DNA of 58,189 nt, filler included, from Sphacelaria rigidula (Eukaryota): assembly GCA_964200075.2 (NCBI GenBank). It is 6 parts of 6 records of this genome, joined end to end, with 100 filler letters (N's around TTAATTAATTAA, not from the genome) between each part and the next. Parts side by side here need not be neighbours in the genome. Positions count along the whole stretch, not along the records: positions 48,576 to 58,189 come from CAXNAA020008098.1; 5 more parts are not named here. One strand, written 5' to 3'. The translations under genes and the position numbers were made by a program. Below are positions 51,633 through 58,189 of the stretch, in pieces. Under the pieces are notes generated by a model. That model searched no databases. It was given only the letters and a program-made list of their open reading frames with translations, and was not told where the DNA came from. Position 1 is the first letter of the stretch, and each line of letters opens with the position of its first letter.

Positions 51633-52623
51633 ACTAAATCCTACGCCGCACAGAAAATACTGCCCACGCTGATCTGGAACTACCTAGGAGTGGGGTACTC
51701 GCCAAATACTGTAACCATGCTCTATCTGCCATAGTTCACGATGCCTCTAACAGTGACGTATCGGCCAGGCGACGTGGGACTCAGGGGGGCAGGAGAAACA
51801 ACACACGTGGACAAATAGCACCCTGGAGGCACGTTTACAAGGTTCAGGGAAACTGTGCAGTGTTTCTCGCGGGGATCTGGCTGTAGGTATTTGTGTTGCG
51901 CCCCACAGGACGCTTCACAGGGTTCAGGGAAACTGTGCAGGGTTTCTCGCGGGGATTTGACTGTAGGGTATTGTTTTGTGCCACACAGGGCGCTGCATAG
52001 GGTTTCGTCACTCCGTGTAGAATCCATCCCTGTTGATATGTTGTGCAGCCTTTATAGCAGTCATACATTATACTCCATATAGAACGGGCATGGTACTGGC
52101 AGAAAAAACCCTTCGACGAGTCGCAGGGGCGAGAATCGACCTCACGATCTTGTGCTCTGGTGTGCGTCAGGTTGTACATTGAGCTACCTGATTTGTTGTT
52201 GACCACGAAATTATTTTGTGCTTTGAACAACTATCAAGAGATAACCTCTTTAAATGAAAGCATACTCAGTTGAGTGATTTTGGTGGACTGCGGACCACGG
52301 GATTTTCAAAAGCAATGTGCAGTCATATGCGAGGTATATGCCGTCATCTCAGTACCCACGTCTTGAGCGGAAGCGTCGTATCCAAAGTCGTCGGCGTGTG
52401 GACATGCACTCGATCGTAATCACTGTGTCGGATCTGCACTCAGCAAGGCTGTTGAGAATTATTTATCCTTTAGCCCATGTGCATGAACCAGAGGCAAAAG
52501 GATAATCTACTTTCAACATTTTTTTCTGCTTGTCGGATCCCATATGCTGATCACGGTGCAATATGCGGGATTTGCCCAGCAGCTGACGCTGCTCACAATA
52601 AATCTCTTTTGACTAATAACACA

Positions 52624-53056
52624 GGATCTTACAAATTGGGGATGGATCTTTTATTGGGGATGAGAAACCCAGCGAATTAAAATCTTCGTACCCACACCAA
52701 ATCTTCGAAATATGGTTCCATTTCTTCATCTCCTGATATATTTTGACAACTGCTACACGCCATGCGAATTTGAATTTCGATCACCGCAATGTTGGGGTAC
52801 CAGGTGAAAAACCGATGTCGGAACCACTTTGGTGTCCGTTCGGACACCCGGAATTACCCCAAATTGTGTTTTTTACCTAAAACTCCAACATTGCGGTGAT
52901 CGAATACCAAATTCATATGGCGTGTAGCAGTTGTCAATAGCTATCAGGAGGTGAAGAAATGGAACCATATTTCGAAGATTTGGTGTAGATACGAAGATTT
53001 TAATTCTCCGGGTTTCTCATCCCCAGTGAATGATCCATCCTCAATTTGTGAGATCC
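52624..53056. mobile_element. Foldback element nested in the Copia element
   Basis: Arms ~190 bp, e.g. CACCAAATCTTCGAAATATGGTTCCATTTCTTCA / TGAAGAAATGGAACCATATTTCGAAGATTTGGTG. Confidence 0.8.
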
Positions 53057-54242
53057 CGTTTCGTCCAATCTCCGGATGAATTGGAGGGTAAAGTGAAGAT
53101 TCATTGGGATTTGCGCAGCAGAAGATCCTGTTCGAAATAGATCCTTTTCTCGTTTATTTCAAAAATGGGCGAAAAAACGATCGATTTTGAACAGCTTCTT
53201 CTGCTGTTCGAGGCAAATATTTCTTTTTGCCGAAATAAATTGGGAGAAGAAAGGACCTATTTTACACAGCTCGTCCTGCTGTCCAAAAATCAACTTTTTG
53301 CCCGATTCAAATTGGGTGAAAAGGAATTTACCTCCGACAGGAGATCAAGCTAATGAAAATATATAAATTTACAGATTTTGTACCAAAATATTTGGAATTT
53401 TCAAAAAACAAAAGTCGGGGTTTTCTCACCAAAACACTACCACATGACTCTGCAGGGCTTTGCCGACAAGCCTACACGGGGCTGTAAACCCAACCCTGGG
53501 GAAAACCCTATCAAAACGCTACGAAGGGTACAGGTTTGGATTTCACTGTCAGGGATTTTTCACAAAGACTGTGGAGGACCCTGTACGGACCCTGCACAGT
53601 GCGCCCCACAGGGTGCTATCTGTCCACAGGTGAACCACTGCCGGGGGTGCGATCCAGACCGTAGTCAGCATCATGCCTCACACCAACACCCTGCCCATGA
53701 ACGACCACCGAGATTCAATTCCCGTTCACATTACTCATCCCCGCGTCAGTCCCACAACAACAACCCCAATCCAAACCCCAGATCCTAATCATTCAATGTT
53801 CGCAATTGCAATATATACTGTGATCGAGGTATGGGTTCCCATACACGAAGTGATCGGTGGAGAAATGTCGATCGCTGGCATGGCTATCAAGATCTCAGCC
53901 CGGAACATCGTTCCGCACATCACGGAAGAAACCACCCCCTCGTGATCATTTCTCCAGCAGCTCCTACGCTAATGAGAATTATGTACAGCGATCCGAGGCT
54001 GCCGTCCCCGATGATAACTTCGTCTCACGAGACGGTAATACCTTCGATAACGCAAGATTCGCCCATTCCGTACGGCTCCCGCCTCCATACCATGCCGAGC
54101 AACAACCACAGCTCCCACCTTCACATCATATCCATCCCTAGCAGCATCCACCCCAAAATCATGGCTACTACCAGCAACCGCCATCCCCGTTGCAACACTA
54201 TCAACAGCAACAGCAACACTGTCCTACAGCAACACTGTCCTA

Positions 54243-54455
54243 CTGTAATGCGTGAGAGGACCGCGTGCTTAGAGGACCGCGCTGTAGTTCAAAACACCTC
54301 AGAATCGACGCTTTTCAAAACCAATCGGGCCAGTCCCTGCAGGTACCACCCCCCTGACCATCACCCTAACACTAACCCTAACCCTAACCCTAACCATAGG
54401 GATATTCAAATTCCAATGCGGTCCTCTAAGCGCGCGGTCCTCTCACGCATTACAC
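54243..54455. mobile_element. TA-target MITE with internal (CCCTAA)n, nested in the Copia element
   Basis: ~38-bp TIR TGTAATGCGTGAGAGGACCGCG.GCTTAGAGGACCGC; TA at 54241-54242 and 54456-54457; telomere-type tract at 54364-54394. Confidence 0.85.
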
Positions 54456-54711
54456 TACTCCGCAATACAGCCCTCATCACCATCAATAACAATCTGCAGC
54501 TCCACCTCACGCCCCATATCAGCAGCATCGGCAGCCGGTAGCCCCCCCCGCTACGTCTTCTTCGCCTGCCGATACGTCCACTGCACAGCATCCACGACTA
54601 TTCACGGCGCGTTCTTTGCCCGAAGGCAAGTTTCGTTTCCGGCTTGGTAATTTTAATTCACGTAGGGATGATGTACTATGTAGTGAGATTGCATCTAGTA
54701 GAAGTAATAGT

Positions 54712-55110
54712 GCAGAGGGGTGGATTGCAGATACCGGTACTACATACCATGTCACAGGAAATGTAGATGACGTTTTTTATTCACGATCCCCTGCTCAGGG
54801 CATGGAGAACTTCACGATGGGTGACCGAACCAGACCTCCAGTCAAGGCGGTAGATAGTTTATATCTGAGATTCCAGATGGGATCTTTGGATGTTTCAATC
54901 CCCTCCACAGCCCTCCCTGTAAAACTGACCAATGTCTACGTCGTAGAAGGCGTTGAGTTCAATCTTTTCTCCTCTCATCACATGCAGAAGCGACATGATA
55001 TCGTTCTAAATTTGACTGGGGTGCATTTCTTCAACCGCGGATTACGTTTGGACTGCAAATCGCAATTTTCATCACAGTTAGCAACGCGTTTTCCCCCCTT
55101 CCAACATTGA
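54712..55110 (+). pseudogene. Copia aspartic protease region of Pol
   Basis: WIADTGTTYHVTG (WxxDSGAxxHxT motif), MGD....V..V..L, LTNVYVVEGVEFNLFS (L.NV.YVP....NL.S motif). Confidence 0.85.
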
Positions 55111-57250
55111 CTCTCATTCCTTAACTACGGTTGCTTCGACTCCCTCAACTCCTCGTGTGTAATTTCGTCATCCAGTATACGGTCAGACACACGTACTACT
55201 GTAGAGTCGCGTTGGCGTTGCCGCACGAGTGAGATTGATCCCGTTTCTACGCTAGAGCCAGATCTTCCTACTACTGTAGAGTCTTCCCCCGTTTCCACTC
55301 AGTCTGATTCCTCGCGTGCTACAGTAGAGTATTCACTGACGAATGCCCGGCCTGTGTGCGACGAGTCTGAATCCCCGTATTCTACTGTAGAATATTCACC
55401 GGCGCATCATGCGCACAATGTTTCTGTAGCGTCCCGTTCCCGTACTCGGGAAGTTGATTCTTGTAGTGAGCCCGCGAGTAAGGAAAGTGATATTTTTTAC
55501 TCTCCCCCCAGTGCTGGCTCATACCACTATTCCGCCAGAGGCGTTGTGTCTTCCACCCTAGTCTTCTTTGTCCAGCCTGCTTCAGCTACAAATGTTTTGT
55601 CTGGCGCCTCAGGTCTTGGTATCCAGTCTGGTTCCCCGGCAAGTGCTGTATATTATGTGCGGTCTGTTCCGCGTGTACAGCTTCTGCAACCACCGCCGAT
55701 TCCGCTCATCGACAGGGGAGGTTATGGAGCAAGTACCGTCGCCGACCCGTCGGCATCATCTCAGCCGCTGATCAACGAGGTAAAACCCGAGCCGCCACCG
55801 CCACCGTTGTTTTTCCATCATACTGTCTCGCTGCCGCCACGGCGCATCGTCGCTCTAACATCATACGATACTCTCCCACCGCCGAACCAACACCAACACA
55901 TTTTTACCGCTACTGCGCCGCCGTTACCATCATTTCCGCCCGCCGCTGCGCCGCAACACATGTATCTTCCCATAACCGCTACGCCGCCGCCACCATATGC
56001 ATTCACCGCTGCGCCACTACAACCATATTTTTCCCCAAGCTCGAGTCCGACACGGCTAATGCCAACACCACTGCCGCCACCGCCGACACAATCGGCAACA
56101 CACTTTAATGCGTGGCGTCGTCGGCGCCGGTGGAACGGAGCGGGGGGCCGGTGACGATGGGTTGGAGCAGGGAAGTGATGCCGGTGGAGTGGAGCAAGTA
56201 TGAGGTGTCGGTTCGTTGGATGGAGTAGAGGGGCGCGTGACCATGGAAGAATGCAGAAAGCCGGAAATGGATTTTGAAGGATGTTACACTCCGACTGTAG
56301 CCATGCCAACCAAGTGTTTATTTGTTGACCTCTTCTGCTTGATGGTAGATTCATGCATTGGATAGTTCGAGTTTGAGTGAAAGCGCGGTGATGTGACTAC
56401 TGTCCACTGCAATGATTCGACTAGTGGCCATCAGGTTTGCAACAGTGATTGAAATGCATAACGAGGATATTTGAGGATTTGTTGGGGACTATTTGGGGGG
56501 AAAATGGCTGGCCCGCTCCTGAACCGCGTGAAACTCCAAGCTCATGGCTCTCATCTTGAGTGGGGATCGCGGTATTATGCTTTGTTCTGTTTCATATATT
56601 TCACCACAGTTTGATTTGGGCTCGATCGTTGTGATTCACTCTCGGTTTTTGAGTATCATCGAGATACCAACATAGTTCGAACTTGAGCCTTGCGTGGGTA
56701 TGGAGGTATAACGATTTATACTATATCCAATATGCTACCATAGTCCGAGTTGAGTTCGATTGTGGTGATTCAGTCTCGGTTTTCATCATCACCGAAATGA
56801 CGACTTGGTGGGAATCTTCCCTTTATCTGAGTTTGATTTTCGACACAAAATTAAAGTGTTTCCACCCATTCGCCGTTGCCACGAAAAAGGCCAAGGGGTC
56901 GATCGATTTGACAACATTATTTTTTTTTATGTACCATGGGATATGACGGATTCTCTTTGCTTGACTAAAGTTATTGAACTTGGATTTCGGGCCATACTTT
57001 TCTGCAATGTGTTTGTAGTACACGTCCCGAGATTTGGCATTGTATGCTCCCGAAAAAATGGGGAGGTAATATGGGGTCAGAGGGGCATATTATGTAGAAG
57101 GCGATTCTCCTTGATAATTTTGGTTTTCTCCTTTTCGAGTCTTCCCTGTGTCCCGGAATTTGTGTCGTGAGAACATGTCTGGTTTTATGGGATGAAACCA
57201 AGGTTTTTCTGTGTGATATGAAAAGGATTGTACCTCGACAAGGGGGGCTA

Positions 57251-57612
57251 ATTGAATATTGGCGAGATATACACTAGTGCATGTGTACGTGGTATAATTC
57301 AGGTACATGCGGGGCAGACTGATAGTATATCACGGATACCGGATATCTCGTGCGGTATGGGATATTGTCTTGATGACTAGATGTATGACATATAAGGGGA
57401 CTCACCGTGCAGTCATGCCCTCCGATTACATTCTTGTTGTGTGTGTTGTGGTACTGCATTTCAGTGAGAGAGAGCAGCTCTGGCGGAGCTTGCACGGTTG
57501 ATGTTTGATGAGTGAAGGGTATAAGCGATGAATATATCAAGTGTTACTACACATTCCCCTGTCCAGAGCACGTCCTCTAAGATGCGCTCCTTTCTTTTAT
57601 TTAAGCACAACA
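57251..57612 (+). repeat. 3' LTR
   Basis: Follows the PPT, ends in CAACA, homologous to 50202-50562. Confidence 0.88.
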
Positions 57613-58189
57613 CCTGTCTTTGTAAGTCGCAGGGGACGATAACTACACAGAAATGATAGAGAGCTAACGAAATCGTCTTGTCTACACAGAGACGCATAGA
57701 GTGGAGCGGAATTCACACTGTGAGCTGAGATCGGTATAGAAATAACCGAAACAGGATCATGCTTAGTGTAGGATCTGCGGCAGATTCAGCGTTTTACCTG
57801 TCACCTATGGTCTCAAGACGCGACATTGATTTGTTTTATGCTGCAGACATCGATACCCGCAAAACAAACATAAAAGAGCTCACAAAATCGTTTCGCATAG
57901 ACAAAGATGCATCGGGTGGCGCGATATTTGCACTGTGAGCTGAGATCAGCTGTCGAAAGTGAATTGATTAAGGGGTGACCCTCGTCAACAAAACAACACA
58001 TACAGTGGACCCTCATTTTGAGGTATATTTCTCTAATAAGAGTCAAGTGGCATATCGTCTTTGCAGGGATGACGCAAAACAGTTACACAGGGCGGAACCG
58101 TTCCCCTATAACTCTGCAGCAGTGAAGCAGTTGTGTCTAGGTGCACTGAAAGAATGCGGCGTACACGCGTGTCGATGACGATATCACCA

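Larger units (their letters stand above)
50202..57612 (+). mobile_element. Decayed Ty1/Copia-type LTR retrotransposon, gag + protease only, with nested insertions
   Basis: Two ~360-bp direct LTRs, PPT AAGGGGGGC at 57240-57248, 3' end ..CAACA, gag-like and protease-like frames inside. Confidence 0.88.

Noticed and set aside
54364..54394. True telomere or chromosome-fusion scar
   Set aside because: Only a few units, inside a TIR element.

Overview
Eukaryotic, intron-rich, repeat-dense DNA. It is most consistent with a brown alga or related stramenopile, inferred from short exons in kb-long introns, TTAGGG-type repeats and the TE content. The window is not one locus. It is six pieces of 9616, 9615, 9615, 9615, 9614 and 9614 bp joined by identical 100-nt linkers (44 N + TTAATTAATTAA + 44 N), i.e. 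length-sorted unplaced scaffolds, so nothing should be linked across linkers. Piece 1: internal exons of a minus-strand coiled-coil protein gene. Piece 2: four in-phase exons of a minus-strand RNI-like LRR protein gene, a LINE fragment, many retroelement-like 3' tails and microsatellites. Piece 3: two exons of an unknown plus-strand gene, MITEs and a coding-like foldback. Piece 4: the 3' end of a protein-kinase-like gene converging on the 3' end of an unknown gene, with decayed ankyrin-like repeats between them. Piece 5: almost all MITEs, including a young hAT-type copy, TA-target MITEs carrying telomere repeats and arrays of ~100-bp TTAA-flanked units. Piece 6: an old Copia-type LTR element retaining only gag and protease, with nested insertions. 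Most ORFs in the supplied track are spurious. No CRISPR, rRNA, intact tRNA or convincing new multi-gene system was found. The most unusual signals are TE architectures and candidate GC splice donors.
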